Positions 26,295 to 35,603 of a stretch of DNA of 64,000 bases are shown in pieces. The stretch comes from a virus. The stretch covers positions 1 through 64,000 of IMG/VR virus record IMGVR_UViG_3300002461_000323; one strand, written 5' to 3'. The notes below the pieces were generated by a model. That model searched no databases. It was not told the DNA's origin and worked only from the letters and a program-made list of their open reading frames with translations. The position numbers and the translations under genes were made by a program. Within the stretch, counting starts at the first letter, position 1; the number at the start of each line of letters is the position of its first letter.

Positions 26295-27772
26295 TGGACA
26301 CCCGGGACTACCTGGAGCTTGAGCACCTGCTCCGGGAGAAGATCAGCACCACCTGGGCGAAGATCGCACCCCAGGTGTTCGAGCCTGTGCAGTCGGCGAT
26401 CGACCGCCAAGACTACCTGGCCGCCCGAGAGGCCGCGCAGATGCTCGACTGCTCAGCCGTGGGCGAGCAAGTGCGGGAGTTCGCGTACATGATGTACCGT
26501 GGGTTCATCGACTTCGGCGCGCAGCAGGCGGCCCAGGGCGAGAGCCTGACCTCCAGCTTGGACTTCGACCAGACGGTCAGCGGGGTGGTTACCCAGTTCC
26601 TGCGTGACATCGAGTGGAACATCACGTTGCAGGCCCAAACGCAAGCATTGCAATTGATTGCAGAGGCTGAGACCGTGGTAAAGAGCGAGTTGGTGCAGAA
26701 GGCCCGACCGCTCAAGCCGCTGGTGAGCTTCCAGGCTGGCACCGACCGCCGACTGCAGATGGTCGCGACCCTGCACGCGAGCAGGCTCAGCAACTGGGGG
26801 TACGTGGCGGAGGCTGATCTCCGGGGTGAGACGACCTACAAGATCAGCGCGATGCTCGACAACCGGACGTCCGACTTCTGCCGGATGATCCACGGAAAGA
26901 CGTTCACGGTCGAGAGCGCTCGTCCGCTGGTGAACGCGAGCGTGCACGCTGACGACCCGAATGACCTTAAGACCATCCAGCCTTGGCCGGATCAGTCGAA
27001 GGCGGGCATCGCCGAGATCAAGGGTCTGACCGACGATGAGCTTGTGGCCCGGGGCCTGCACATCCCGCCCTACCACCCCGGGTGCCGGACACTGATGATC
27101 GCAGTCAGCACCCGCGCCCCGCTGACCAAGCCGGTGATCGAGCAGACGATCATCCCCGAGCAACTGGTGTCCGTAGACTCGTTCACGGCCATGGGTGTGA
27201 AGATGACGCCCGACCAGGTGGACATCTGGAACGACTACATCCGGTTGAACCCGATGACGACGATGAAGGCGCTGACCGGCAAGGATGTGGTGACACTCCT
27301 CGGGTCAGACGATTGGCTGTTGAAGGTCACGGCCAAGGGCAACATTCGGATCAAGTGGGCAGAGCACGAGACACTGTACAACCCGGTGACCGGCGTGCTG
27401 GAGTACAAGTCGGTGGACGGCATGGGCGCGTACTCGAAGGCCAGCACTGGCATCCTCGCATACGGCCAGTCGATCGGTGCGACGAAGATGGTGGTGCGTG
27501 TGGCCCCTGGAGAGGCGTTGGATGCGCTGTCCGCTGGCTTTACCCCGAGCACCGTCGAATGGTTGACGATCCGAGACAAGCTGAAGAAGCTGGTGGCGGG
27601 TACCCTCGCGGGCTCATACGCAGGGCTGTCGAACGCCGACAAGACTCTCCTGAACTCCGTGCTGAACTCGAACATCGAGACGCAGATGGCCGGTCTGGCT
27701 AAGCTGCCAGCCAAGTTCGCAGCCGATCTGCTTGAAGGCGTGAAGTACTCCGGAAACCTGGCGTTCGCTTGA
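26294..27772 (+). CDS. MuF/SPP1 gp7-like head morphogenesis protein with C-terminal extension
   Basis: DNRTSDFC..HGKTF and PPYHPGCRT motifs; position right after portal. Confidence 0.8.
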   Translation: MDTRDYLELEHLLREKISTTWAKIAPQVFEPVQSAIDRQDYLAAREAAQMLDCSAVGEQVREFAYMMYRGFIDFGAQQAAQGESLTSSLDFDQTVSGVVTQFLRDIEWNITLQAQTQALQLIAEAETVVKSELVQKARPLKPLVSFQAGTDRRLQMVATLHASRLSNWGYVAEADLRGETTYKISAMLDNRTSDFCRMIHGKTFTVESARPLVNASVHADDPNDLKTIQPWPDQSKAGIAEIKGLTDDELVARGLHIPPYHPGCRTLMIAVSTRAPLTKPVIEQTIIPEQLVSVDSFTAMGVKMTPDQVDIWNDYIRLNPMTTMKALTGKDVVTLLGSDDWLLKVTAKGNIRIKWAEHETLYNPVTGVLEYKSVDGMGAYSKASTGILAYGQSIGATKMVVRVAPGEALDALSAGFTPSTVEWLTIRDKLKKLVAGTLAGSYAGLSNADKTLLNSVLNSNIETQMAGLAKLPAKFAADLLEGVKYSGNLAFA

Positions 27773-27815
27773 TAGCTGGTAGTAGACTCTGCAATTGATT
27801 GCACCCGGAGGACCT

Positions 27816-27887
27816 ATGCAACCACTGACCCTGAAGAAAACCGCTGACGTGCCTGAAGAGCGCATGGTCTGGGCCGGGAAGAACTAA
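27816..27887 (+). pseudogene. 23-codon remnant of a protease 5' end
   Basis: GGAGG RBS; MQPLTLKKTADVPEERMVWAGKN* aligns with MSKSLVIKKTAVEEDQRLVFA of the gene at 28291. Confidence 0.65.
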
Positions 27888-28298
27888 ATGGCTCGCGTGA
27901 ACCCTCCACACCCGTTGTACAACGTCTGGATGGCGATGACCAGACGGTGCCGCAACACCCAGTGCCAAGAGTACCCACGCTACGGTGGCCGTGGCATCAA
28001 GGTCTGCGAACGCTGGCTGGAGTTCAAGAACTTCGTTGAGGACATGGGACCCAAGCCCGATGAGCTTCAGCGTTGGACGGTTGAACGGGAAGACGTAGAC
28101 GGAGACTACGAACCCGGCAACTGCAAGTGGGCCACCTACAAAGAGCAGAACAGCAACCGCCGCGATAACCAGTACGTGCTGGTTCAAGGCCAGCGGGTGG
28201 CGGTCACCGAAGGCTCTCGACTGCTCGGCATTCCCCGGGCGTCTTTCCAACGCTACGTCAAAGCCCAGAAACAGATTCAAGGAGTTCAGTATGTCTAA
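27888..28298 (+). CDS. free-standing HNH-like endonuclease (YGGRGI family)
   Basis: LYNVWMAMTRRC...YGGRGIKVCERW..F.NF..DMG...VEREDVDGDYEPGNCKWAT..EQ..N. Confidence 0.85.
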   Translation: MARVNPPHPLYNVWMAMTRRCRNTQCQEYPRYGGRGIKVCERWLEFKNFVEDMGPKPDELQRWTVEREDVDGDYEPGNCKWATYKEQNSNRRDNQYVLVQGQRVAVTEGSRLLGIPRASFQRYVKAQKQIQGVQYV

Positions 28299-28887
28299 GT
28301 CGTTGGTGATCAAGAAGACGGCAGTGGAAGAGGACCAGCGTCTGGTGTTTGCTGAGGTGTACGCACCGGACCGCCCGGACAGCTACGGCGACTTCATCAA
28401 GCCCGCAGAAATCAAGAAGATGGCGTACAAGTTCATGAAGAACATGAACCTCGCGAACATCGACGTCATGCACGACAACTCGGCGGTAAAGGGAGCGCAC
28501 GTGGTCGAGAGCTTCATCGCACGAGAAGACGACCCGATCTTCATCCCCGGATCGTGGGTGGTGGGCGTGCACGTGGATCACGACGAAACCTGGGCGAAGA
28601 TCAAGGCCGGGGAACTCAACGGGTTCTCGCTGGAGGCGTTGGCGCTCACCGAGGACGTCGAGGTCGAGATCGAAATCCCGCCCGTGCTCTCCGGCGACAC
28701 CAGCAAGGACGAGGACCATGTGCACAAGTTCTACGTCGCGTACGACGAGCACGGAAACTTCCTGGGTGGCCGTACGGACGTGCATGAGGGCCATTTCCAC
28801 CTGATCAAGGCCGGTACGATCACCGAGGACCATGACGGGCACCACCACAAATTCTCGGCCGTTGACGACATTCAGATCGTCGGTTGA
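28291..28887 (+). CDS. XkdF-like prohead serine protease
   Basis: QRLVFAEVYAPD..DSYGD, IDVMH, VVESFIA, GSWVVGV, W.KIKAGELNGFSLE; His-rich C-terminus. Confidence 0.8.
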   Translation: MSKSLVIKKTAVEEDQRLVFAEVYAPDRPDSYGDFIKPAEIKKMAYKFMKNMNLANIDVMHDNSAVKGAHVVESFIAREDDPIFIPGSWVVGVHVDHDETWAKIKAGELNGFSLEALALTEDVEVEIEIPPVLSGDTSKDEDHVHKFYVAYDEHGNFLGGRTDVHEGHFHLIKAGTITEDHDGHHHKFSAVDDIQIVG

Positions 28888-28935
28888 TTTGCTCGGAGCA
28901 CCGTTCAGGGACTATGATTCGCGTGCGAGGAAACC

Positions 28936-30099
28936 ATGCGTACAAAAGTCCCACTCCGCGAATTGTCTGAACTCGAAGTCAACTGGGTCTCCCTGGTTGA
29001 TCGAGGTGCCAACCGCATCCCCTTCCGCATCATCAAATCCGATACAACCAAGGAGCCCCAAATGGGTATCAATCTCTCCAAGCTCGGTCTGAAGAAGACT
29101 GCCGTTGCTCAAGCAGCCGTTTCGATCACCGGAGTGGTGATTGCCAAGGGCGACCAAGCCACGATCGACCTGGTCCGCAAGACCATGCTCGAACAGGGCG
29201 TCACGCTGACCAAGGACAAGAAGTTTCCCGACGGCACCGTCGCGATCTTCGAGGAAGACAAGTTCGACGAACAATCGACGGTCATCCGCCTGAGCGAAGA
29301 CGCGGCCCTCGTGGTCAAGGGCTTCGAGCCCTACTGCCTGGAGTTGGACAAGCTGACCTTCGGTGAAGCCGCCGACGCTCGTGGCTACTACGACAACGTG
29401 CGTGGTGCGATGTCCGTGCTCTCGGACATGGTGATGACCAGCCTGTACAAGGCCGAAGACCCAGTGGTGGCCGCCACCGAAATCCAGAAGGTCATGGGCG
29501 ACTTCAGTTCGTACGTGATGACGCTGACCAAGGCGCTGCCGAAGTCGGTGTTCAAGGTCGAGCAGGGTGTGGCCGCCGCCATGGCCGCCGTCGAGAAGAC
29601 CGAGACCTCGACCACCACTCCCGTGGTTGCGACCGAGCCTGTGGTTGAGCCCGCGAAGACCGAGCCTGTGGTTGCCGACCCCGTGGTCAAGGCCGAGTTC
29701 AAGAACTGCGAAGGCTGCAAGACCGCCGAAGCCTGCGCCAAGGCTGGCAAGTGCGCGGTTGAAAAGACCGAGGCCACGAAAGTCGAAGACAATGGCCTGA
29801 AAGAAGTGCTGGCAGCCATGTCCGGCCTGTCCACCGCCATGCAGGCCGTGGGCACCCAGGTCTCGACGCTCGCTCAGAAAGTCGAGGGCATCGAAAACCT
29901 TCAGAAAGCCACCGAGCAAAAACTTGCCGAGGTGCAGAAGAAGGCCGATGATACGACCCAGGTGCTGAAGAACACCGTTGTGGGCTCTGACCCAGGTGGT
30001 GACGCAGTGGTGGTTGTCGAACCAGTTCGCAAGAACGACGGCGACCTCCGCACCGGCATCTTCGACACTGCGTTCATCAGCAAGTCCGCTCGCCGCTAA
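28936..30099 (+). CDS. scaffold-like head assembly protein
   Basis: Between protease and capsid; N-terminal VSLVDRGAN motif; coiled-coil C-terminus. Confidence 0.65.
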   Translation: MRTKVPLRELSELEVNWVSLVDRGANRIPFRIIKSDTTKEPQMGINLSKLGLKKTAVAQAAVSITGVVIAKGDQATIDLVRKTMLEQGVTLTKDKKFPDGTVAIFEEDKFDEQSTVIRLSEDAALVVKGFEPYCLELDKLTFGEAADARGYYDNVRGAMSVLSDMVMTSLYKAEDPVVAATEIQKVMGDFSSYVMTLTKALPKSVFKVEQGVAAAMAAVEKTETSTTTPVVATEPVVEPAKTEPVVADPVVKAEFKNCEGCKTAEACAKAGKCAVEKTEATKVEDNGLKEVLAAMSGLSTAMQAVGTQVSTLAQKVEGIENLQKATEQKLAEVQKKADDTTQVLKNTVVGSDPGGDAVVVVEPVRKNDGDLRTGIFDTAFISKSARR

Positions 30100-30123
30100 T
30101 CAACTTTCCCCCAAGGAGCTACC

Positions 30124-31059
30124 GTGAAAAACCAAGAGATCATCCAAAAGGCCGACCTCGCGCTGGCCGACTTGGCGACCGCTGGACGTCTGAACGACGA
30201 ACAGACCGATCGCTTCATCCGCAAACTGATGGACGCTCCGACGATCCTGAATGCTTGCCGCACCGTGACGATGAACTCGCCCGGCCGGAAGATCAACAAG
30301 ATCGGCTTCGGCAACCGCATGCTGCGCCCCGGCGTGGCGAACACCGCCCTGTCGCAGGCCGATCGCTACAAGCCGACGCTTGAGCAAGTGGTGGTCGATG
30401 TGGACGAAGTGATCGCCCAGATCAACCTGCCGTACGATGTGATCGAAGACAACATCGAAAGCTCTTCGGTGAACAACGCCGCAGGAACCGGCACCGGTGG
30501 CATCCACCAGACGATCGTGGACATGATGGCCGAACGCGCCGCCGTGGACTTGGAAGAACTGGGCCTCAAGGGCGACACCGGCAGCGGTGATACCTACCTG
30601 GCGATGACCGATGGCTGGCTGAAGCGCTCGAACGTCAACCTGGTGAACGCCGGTGGCGCGACCATCAGCAAGGACATCCTGAAGGCCGGTGTGAAGGGCA
30701 TGCCCGACAAGTACCTGCGTGACCGTGCGAACATGCGCCAGTTCCTGTCGATGGACAACGAGACCGAACTGCGTGACACCTACGCAAACCGTCAGACCGC
30801 TCTGGGTGACGCGATGCTGCAGGGCACCTCGCCGCTGTTCATGCACGGTTCGCAAGTCCTGGGTGCCTCGGCCATGCCGACCGCCGATGGCCTGTTCACC
30901 AACCCGCTGAACTTGATCTTCGGTATCTGGCGTCGTATCCAGATCGAGTACGACAAGGACATCACGACCCGTCAGTTCATCATCGTGCTGACCGCACGAG
31001 TCGGTTTCCAGGTCGAAGAGACCGAAGCAACCGTCCGCTACCAGAACATCGGCGCGTAA
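30124..31059 (+). CDS. major capsid protein
   Basis: 311 aa; AAGGAG RBS; GRLNDEQTDRFI, DVIEDNIE, DGWLK, NPLNLIFGI; strong codon bias; followed by a terminator. Confidence 0.85.
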   Translation: MKNQEIIQKADLALADLATAGRLNDEQTDRFIRKLMDAPTILNACRTVTMNSPGRKINKIGFGNRMLRPGVANTALSQADRYKPTLEQVVVDVDEVIAQINLPYDVIEDNIESSSVNNAAGTGTGGIHQTIVDMMAERAAVDLEELGLKGDTGSGDTYLAMTDGWLKRSNVNLVNAGGATISKDILKAGVKGMPDKYLRDRANMRQFLSMDNETELRDTYANRQTALGDAMLQGTSPLFMHGSQVLGASAMPTADGLFTNPLNLIFGIWRRIQIEYDKDITTRQFIIVLTARVGFQVEETEATVRYQNIGA

Positions 31060-31082
31060 TCGCCGCTCTCTGGAGATCAAGC

Positions 31083-31112
31083 AAAGGCACCTTCGGGTGC
31101 CTTTCTTGTTTT
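31083..31112 (+). terminator. rho-independent terminator
   Basis: AAAGGCACC-TTCG-GGTGCCTTT followed by CTTGTTTT. Confidence 0.85.
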
Positions 31113-31116
31113 GGCC

Positions 31117-31145
31117 TTGCAATCGATTGCAGCGCGGAATAGAAT
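31117..31145 (+). promoter_or_regulatory. putative promoter overlapping the 14-bp palindrome
   Basis: TTGCAA-17-TAGAAT directly after the capsid terminator. Confidence 0.6.
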
Positions 31146-31174
31146 CAGGCCTTCGTCAACCAACAGGAGCCCTC

Positions 31175-31654
31175 ATGGCCGTGAATCAGAAGACCGCAGA
31201 TGCCGCAGCGCCTGCACCCGCAGCAGCCGCCGCAGCCGCCCCAGAAGTGGCCGTGTCCGCCCCCGTGCAAATCAAACTCGAACTCTCCCGGATCGCCCGG
31301 TACGTGTTCGGTGGTCAGGTCTACCTGAAGGAAGAGCAGTACGTGTTCTCTGAGAAGGACGCCCGCTACCTGTTGAGCCTGGATGACCCCGCTGGCATGC
31401 CGGTGTTCCGCCTGGCCCGCACCCGCAAGAAAATGGTGGCAGTCGATGATGACAGCGCGGTCGTCGTGCAGAACGCCCGCCCCCAGAAGGTGGACCGCGT
31501 GAAGGTTGACCTCCAGGATTGGAAGTTCGGCCAAGAGATCAAGCCGGTCGGCAAGATCGAAATCCCTGACGAAGACCCAGAAATGGCCCAGCGCCTGGCC
31601 CAGATCGACGGCCCAGGTGAGTTCGACAGCGCTGGCGGCCAGTCCATCGGCTGA
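31175..31654 (+). CDS. hypothetical protein (head-tail region)
   Basis: AGGAG RBS, ATG 31175. Confidence 0.65.
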   Translation: MAVNQKTADAAAPAPAAAAAAAPEVAVSAPVQIKLELSRIARYVFGGQVYLKEEQYVFSEKDARYLLSLDDPAGMPVFRLARTRKKMVAVDDDSAVVVQNARPQKVDRVKVDLQDWKFGQEIKPVGKIEIPDEDPEMAQRLAQIDGPGEFDSAGGQSIG

Positions 31655-31669
31655 ACGTAGGAGCACCGC

Positions 31670-32275
31670 ATGTCCCTGCTGATCAACACCTCCGATGTGA
31701 TCGAAGCACTCGGTCTGAACACCTCGAACGAGAGTGACATCGAGGGCACGGTCGGTCGGGCCATTCGCGCTGCCCAGACACGAGCCGAGGTCTCCATTGG
31801 GTCCGCGCTCGAACGATTCACCAACCGCGAAGTCTTCTTCATCAACCAGGACCTGTTCAACGGCGTGACCGAGAACGGTCTCCTGTGCTTGCGGCTGAAG
31901 AACGGGTTCGCCCAGCTTACCGGAGTCGGCAGCAGCTACACGCCGAACTCCTACGACCCCCTCGACCTGCCGGGTGTGAGCGTGAACGAGCAGTACGGCT
32001 TCGTGTACCTGCCGACCAGCTACGACAAGCAGTACGTCGAGGTCACGTACACCAGCGGCTTCCTTGATCGCGCCAGCGCACCCCAGGAGGTCAAGCAGGC
32101 GATCCTGTACTTCGTGCCGCTCGCGCTGAAGCTGAGCATGCAGCCTGACGCTGAGACGAAGAAGAAGGCGGATGAGAGCGCGAAGATCAGCGAGGCGTTG
32201 GTCGAGAGTCTGCGCCGCCCCACGGGTGTGCAGTACCGCCCCTTCCTGTTCACGCGGACCCCGCTCGCCGCATGA
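31670..32275 (+). CDS. putative head-tail adaptor
   Basis: Synteny; VEVTYTSGF...PQEVKQAIL gp6-like pattern. Confidence 0.65.
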   Translation: MSLLINTSDVIEALGLNTSNESDIEGTVGRAIRAAQTRAEVSIGSALERFTNREVFFINQDLFNGVTENGLLCLRLKNGFAQLTGVGSSYTPNSYDPLDLPGVSVNEQYGFVYLPTSYDKQYVEVTYTSGFLDRASAPQEVKQAILYFVPLALKLSMQPDAETKKKADESAKISEALVESLRRPTGVQYRPFLFTRTPLAA

Positions 32276-32712
32276 TCTCGATCGACCTTGGCCTCAGCCC
32301 CGAGGCTCAGGTCCTACTCTCCCGGCTTGCAGCACTGACGACCGTGCTGGAGACCACCAGCGAACGAGCGCTGGACGAGGCAGCGGCTGCGATCCTCAGC
32401 AACGTACGCACCAACTACCTGGCTGAGAGCGCCCCCGACGGCACGCCGTGGATTCCTTCGGCAGCGGGTGCTCGACGCAAGAGCCAAGGCGGTGGTCAGA
32501 CGCTGTTCGACACCGGCAACCTATTCCGCAGCATCCAGGTGTACACCGAGTCCCTTCAGCGGCAGATCGGTACCGACGTCCCGTATGCACCGTACGTGCA
32601 GAACGGAAAGACCCCTCGCGTGTTCCTGGCTGTGACCGAGCAGGACATTCTTCGCACCGAGGGCATATTCATCCTGAGAATTGAGGAGGCACTCCGTGAG
32701 CAAGGCCTATGA
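32272..32712 (+). CDS. virion morphogenesis/tail completion protein (Mu gpG-like)
   Basis: PDGTPW, LFDTGNLFRSI, IGTDVPYA, PRVFL. Confidence 0.75.
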   Translation: MISIDLGLSPEAQVLLSRLAALTTVLETTSERALDEAAAAILSNVRTNYLAESAPDGTPWIPSAAGARRKSQGGGQTLFDTGNLFRSIQVYTESLQRQIGTDVPYAPYVQNGKTPRVFLAVTEQDILRTEGIFILRIEEALREQGL

Positions 32713-33130
32713 AGCACTGACCGACCTGAAGACCAAGCTGCAATCGATTGCAGGGCTGGAGACCCGGGTATTTATTTGCTACGAGCCCGCAGACCTCGAC
32801 CGGCAGGTGCTGGGAGTCGCGGGCACAACCATCGGAGTCGTCTACGGCGGCCTCCGCTCGGTGAGCGAGCCTGGAACTGCCAAGCACGGGACTTCCAGCG
32901 TCGGACAGTTCATGGTGTTCATGAAGCACGACACCCCTCCGTTCACGAACGCCGACAACAAGGGGCCAGCGCTCGACACGCTGGAGCGCATGCGGCAAGT
33001 GATCATGTACAAGAACTCTCCTACGGGCCACAAATGGCGGTTCGTATCCGAGTCCATGGCTACATCCAGCAAGGAGAAGACCGTGTGGATGCAGGTGTAC
33101 GACACGCCGATCCAGTTGGGCCCAGTTTGA
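32696..33130 (+). CDS. putative tail terminator protein
   Basis: Synteny and size; GGAGG RBS before GTG. Confidence 0.5.
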   Translation: MSKAYEALTDLKTKLQSIAGLETRVFICYEPADLDRQVLGVAGTTIGVVYGGLRSVSEPGTAKHGTSSVGQFMVFMKHDTPPFTNADNKGPALDTLERMRQVIMYKNSPTGHKWRFVSESMATSSKEKTVWMQVYDTPIQLGPV

Positions 33131-33155
33131 TAGGTGGCGCCCCCAGGTCTAGAAT
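33127..33155 (+). promoter_or_regulatory. putative promoter of the tail operon
   Basis: TTGATA-17-TAGAAT. Confidence 0.6.
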
Positions 33156-33193
33156 CCAGGCATCGCCTTTCTTAACCACCTGCGAGGATCAAC

Positions 33194-33817
33194 ATGCCAC
33201 TCGAACTCCTGAAACAATTCGGCAAGGGCGGCTCGGGCATTCCCGACCAACTGCGCTCCATCGTCACCGAACTCCAGGGTCTCTCGATCTTGGCCGTCGC
33301 AGGTGCAGCAGCCAACACCAAGATCGTGGTCCCGGCCCTCCGCCAGGAAGACACGATCATCTGCGCGATCATGTCCGCTGCGGGCGTGCTCTCGAACCTC
33401 GCCGCCGTGACCATCGACGACATCCGTGCCTCGGGTACGCTGACCGTCGGCGCAGTCGTGACCGGCAACACCGTGACCGTCAACGGCAAGGTCTACACCT
33501 ACCGCCCGGCAGCGACTGCCAACCTGTTGAACCGCGAAGTCGCGATCGGCGCGAACGCGACCGAGACCGCAGCCAACCTGGCACGTGCGATCAACCTGTA
33601 CGACGCAGTGGCCCTGATCGCCACCAGCGCAGCAGCCGTGGTCACCGTCCGTGCAGCAGCCGATGGCGTGGGCGGCAACGCGATCACGTTGGCAGCCAGT
33701 GCGAACACCACGGTCTCTGGTGCGACCCTCACCGGGGGCTCGGCCGATGGCGGCTTCCGCTCGACCACGGCTTCGGCTGGCAACACCGTCCTGTTGGCCT
33801 ACTTCAACAAGAAGTAA
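33194..33817 (+). CDS. putative virion structural/decoration protein
   Basis: Ala/Thr/Gly-rich, 207 aa, strong codon bias, upstream of tail tube gene. Confidence 0.6.
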   Translation: MPLELLKQFGKGGSGIPDQLRSIVTELQGLSILAVAGAAANTKIVVPALRQEDTIICAIMSAAGVLSNLAAVTIDDIRASGTLTVGAVVTGNTVTVNGKVYTYRPAATANLLNREVAIGANATETAANLARAINLYDAVALIATSAAAVVTVRAAADGVGGNAITLAASANTTVSGATLTGGSADGGFRSTTASAGNTVLLAYFNKK

Positions 33818-33849
33818 TCCACTTCAACTGAACACCAAGGAGAGCCAAC

Positions 33850-34866
33850 ATGGCATGGGACAATACCGACTACTTCTTCTCCGGACAGGGCGTGATCCTG
33901 CTCGGCGACCGCGACCTCGCTGGCAACCCTGCCGGTCTGATCCCGGTTGGCAACGTCTCCGAACTCAAGCTCACGGTCGCCACCAGCGTGTTGGAGCACA
34001 AGGAATCGAAGACCGGCCAGCGTGCGATCGACCTGCGGTTGACCACCGAGACCAAAGGCACGTTGTCGATCACGATCGAGAACTTCAACGCCACCAACCT
34101 GGCTGCAGCCCTGCGCGGTACCAAGACCGTCAAGCCTGGTGCCCCGGTGGTCGGTGAACTCTCGAAAATCTACTTCGGCAAGATCGCCCCGCTGAACCAC
34201 ATGCTGATCAGCGCGGTGACGGTCCAGCGCGGTGCGAACACGCTGACCCCGTACACGAACGACGCCACCGCCTGGGACGTGCGCGTGAACCCCGAAAGCG
34301 GTTCGCTGTTGTTCAACGATGGCGCGGTCCAGGCGCTGACGACCAACGCGACTCTGGGTGGCGTGGTGCCGTCCGCGATCGTTGTGGGCGTGACCACTCA
34401 GGTGACGGTCGCGAACACCGCCAAGGCCGGTGACTACGTGGCCCTCGCAGGCTTCGCAGGTGCAGGCGCTGCGCTGGTGAACAACAAGGCTCACCTGGTG
34501 CTCAGCGCGACCCCAACCGGCGTGGTCTTGCAGACCAACACGTTCGGCGCGACCATCACCATCGGCGTCCCGCTGGCGGTGTTCGACGGCGCGGCCCTGA
34601 CTGTCGGCTACACCTACGCGACTCAGAATCACGTGGACCCGCTGGTGCTGGGCTCGCCCGAGAAGTGGATGCGCTTCGAAGGCCTGAACACCGCCGACAA
34701 CAACGCACCTGTGGTCGTGGACATCTTCCGCTTCCTCAGCGACCCGCTGAAAGAACTCTCGTTCATCAGCGACACCATCCAGAACTTCGTGCTCGAAGGA
34801 AACATGCTGGCTGACTCCGGGCGCACCAGCGGCTCGAAGTTCTTCCGCCAGTTCATGCTCCGCTGA
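33850..34866 (+). CDS. major tail (tube) protein
   Basis: YFFSGQG..VGNVSEL..EHKESKTG...MRFEGLNTAD; precedes chaperone and tape measure; no sheath gene recognised. Confidence 0.8.
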   Translation: MAWDNTDYFFSGQGVILLGDRDLAGNPAGLIPVGNVSELKLTVATSVLEHKESKTGQRAIDLRLTTETKGTLSITIENFNATNLAAALRGTKTVKPGAPVVGELSKIYFGKIAPLNHMLISAVTVQRGANTLTPYTNDATAWDVRVNPESGSLLFNDGAVQALTTNATLGGVVPSAIVVGVTTQVTVANTAKAGDYVALAGFAGAGAALVNNKAHLVLSATPTGVVLQTNTFGATITIGVPLAVFDGAALTVGYTYATQNHVDPLVLGSPEKWMRFEGLNTADNNAPVVVDIFRFLSDPLKELSFISDTIQNFVLEGNMLADSGRTSGSKFFRQFMLR

Positions 34867-34887
34867 GCGACGACCTGCGGTATCATC

Positions 34888-34912
34888 AGGGGCGGCTTCG
34901 GCTGCCCCTTTT
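34888..34912 (+). terminator. rho-independent terminator
   Basis: AGGGGCGGC-TTCG-GCTGCCCCT followed by TTT. Confidence 0.8.
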
Positions 34913-34933
34913 CATTTCTACGGAGAGAAGCAC

Positions 34934-35440
34934 ATGACGTCTCAGAAGAAGGTCAAGATCAGTGACCTGTTCCCACCTCCCCTCGTGGTTGATCTCGGCC
35001 ATGCCAAGGTCGAAATCCAGGGCCTGTCGATCGCACAGATCGCCCTCCTGCTGGAGGAGCACGCGGAAATCCTGTCCGGTCTGCTGGACACCAAGACCCC
35101 GCCTGACGTCGTCGGCCTGTTGAAGACCAGCCCTGTGCTGGCAATGCAATTGATTGCACTGGGTCTGAACCTTGAAGCCGAAGAGCACGAGCAGGTGCAG
35201 GGCCTACCGGCGTCTGTGCAGGTGGCGATCCTGTTGGGTGTCTGGGATGCGACGGTGCCTGAGCTAAAAAAGCTCGGGGCGAGGTTCAGCGGCTTGTTGT
35301 CGGTCGCCCAAAAGAGCCTCGCCCAAAGCCCCGGCCCCGACGCTCCGGCAACGCGTCCTCCGATCCCGGATTTTCAGAGTCCCTTGCCGTCGGAGCCGAC
35401 TTCCTCGTCGGACACGGTGGATACTCCCTCAGCGACGTAG
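34934..35440 (+). CDS. tail assembly chaperone (gpG-like)
   Basis: Between tail tube and tape measure; contains slippery site A AAA AAG. Confidence 0.75.
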   Translation: MTSQKKVKISDLFPPPLVVDLGHAKVEIQGLSIAQIALLLEEHAEILSGLLDTKTPPDVVGLLKTSPVLAMQLIALGLNLEAEEHEQVQGLPASVQVAILLGVWDATVPELKKLGARFSGLLSVAQKSLAQSPGPDAPATRPPIPDFQSPLPSEPTSSSDTVDTPSAT

Positions 35441-35601
35441 GAGGGATGAACCTGCGCCAGTTCCGGGCTTTCCTCAAGCTCGCCTGGGCGCGGTACATCG
35501 ACAGCCAGATAACGCTGGCTGTGAACGCTAGGCAGGCCCATAATGCCGAAGGTGACGGCTTCAAGAAGTACTTGGAGGACCTAGCCGCAAGCAAGGACTG
35601 A
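35266..35601 (+). CDS. -1 frameshift extension of tail assembly chaperone (gpGT-like)
   Basis: A AAA AAG at 35266-35272; the -1 frame is open to TGA at 35599-35601, 2 nt before the tape measure ATG. Confidence 0.75.
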   Translation, partial: KKARGEVQRLVVGRPKEPRPKPRPRRSGNASSDPGFSESLAVGADFLVGHGGYSLSDVGGMNLRQFRAFLKLAWARYIDSQITLAVNARQAHNAEGDGFKKYLEDLAASKD

Positions 35602-35603
35602 CC

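Noticed and set aside
29631-29674. 17-bp direct repeat GACCGAGCCTGTGGTTG
   Set aside because: Explained by a low-complexity TEPVV linker duplication in the scaffold protein
35368-35374. GGATTTT as the chaperone frameshift site
   Set aside because: Not a canonical X XXY YYZ in the 0 frame; A AAA AAG at 35266 fits better, though this is untested
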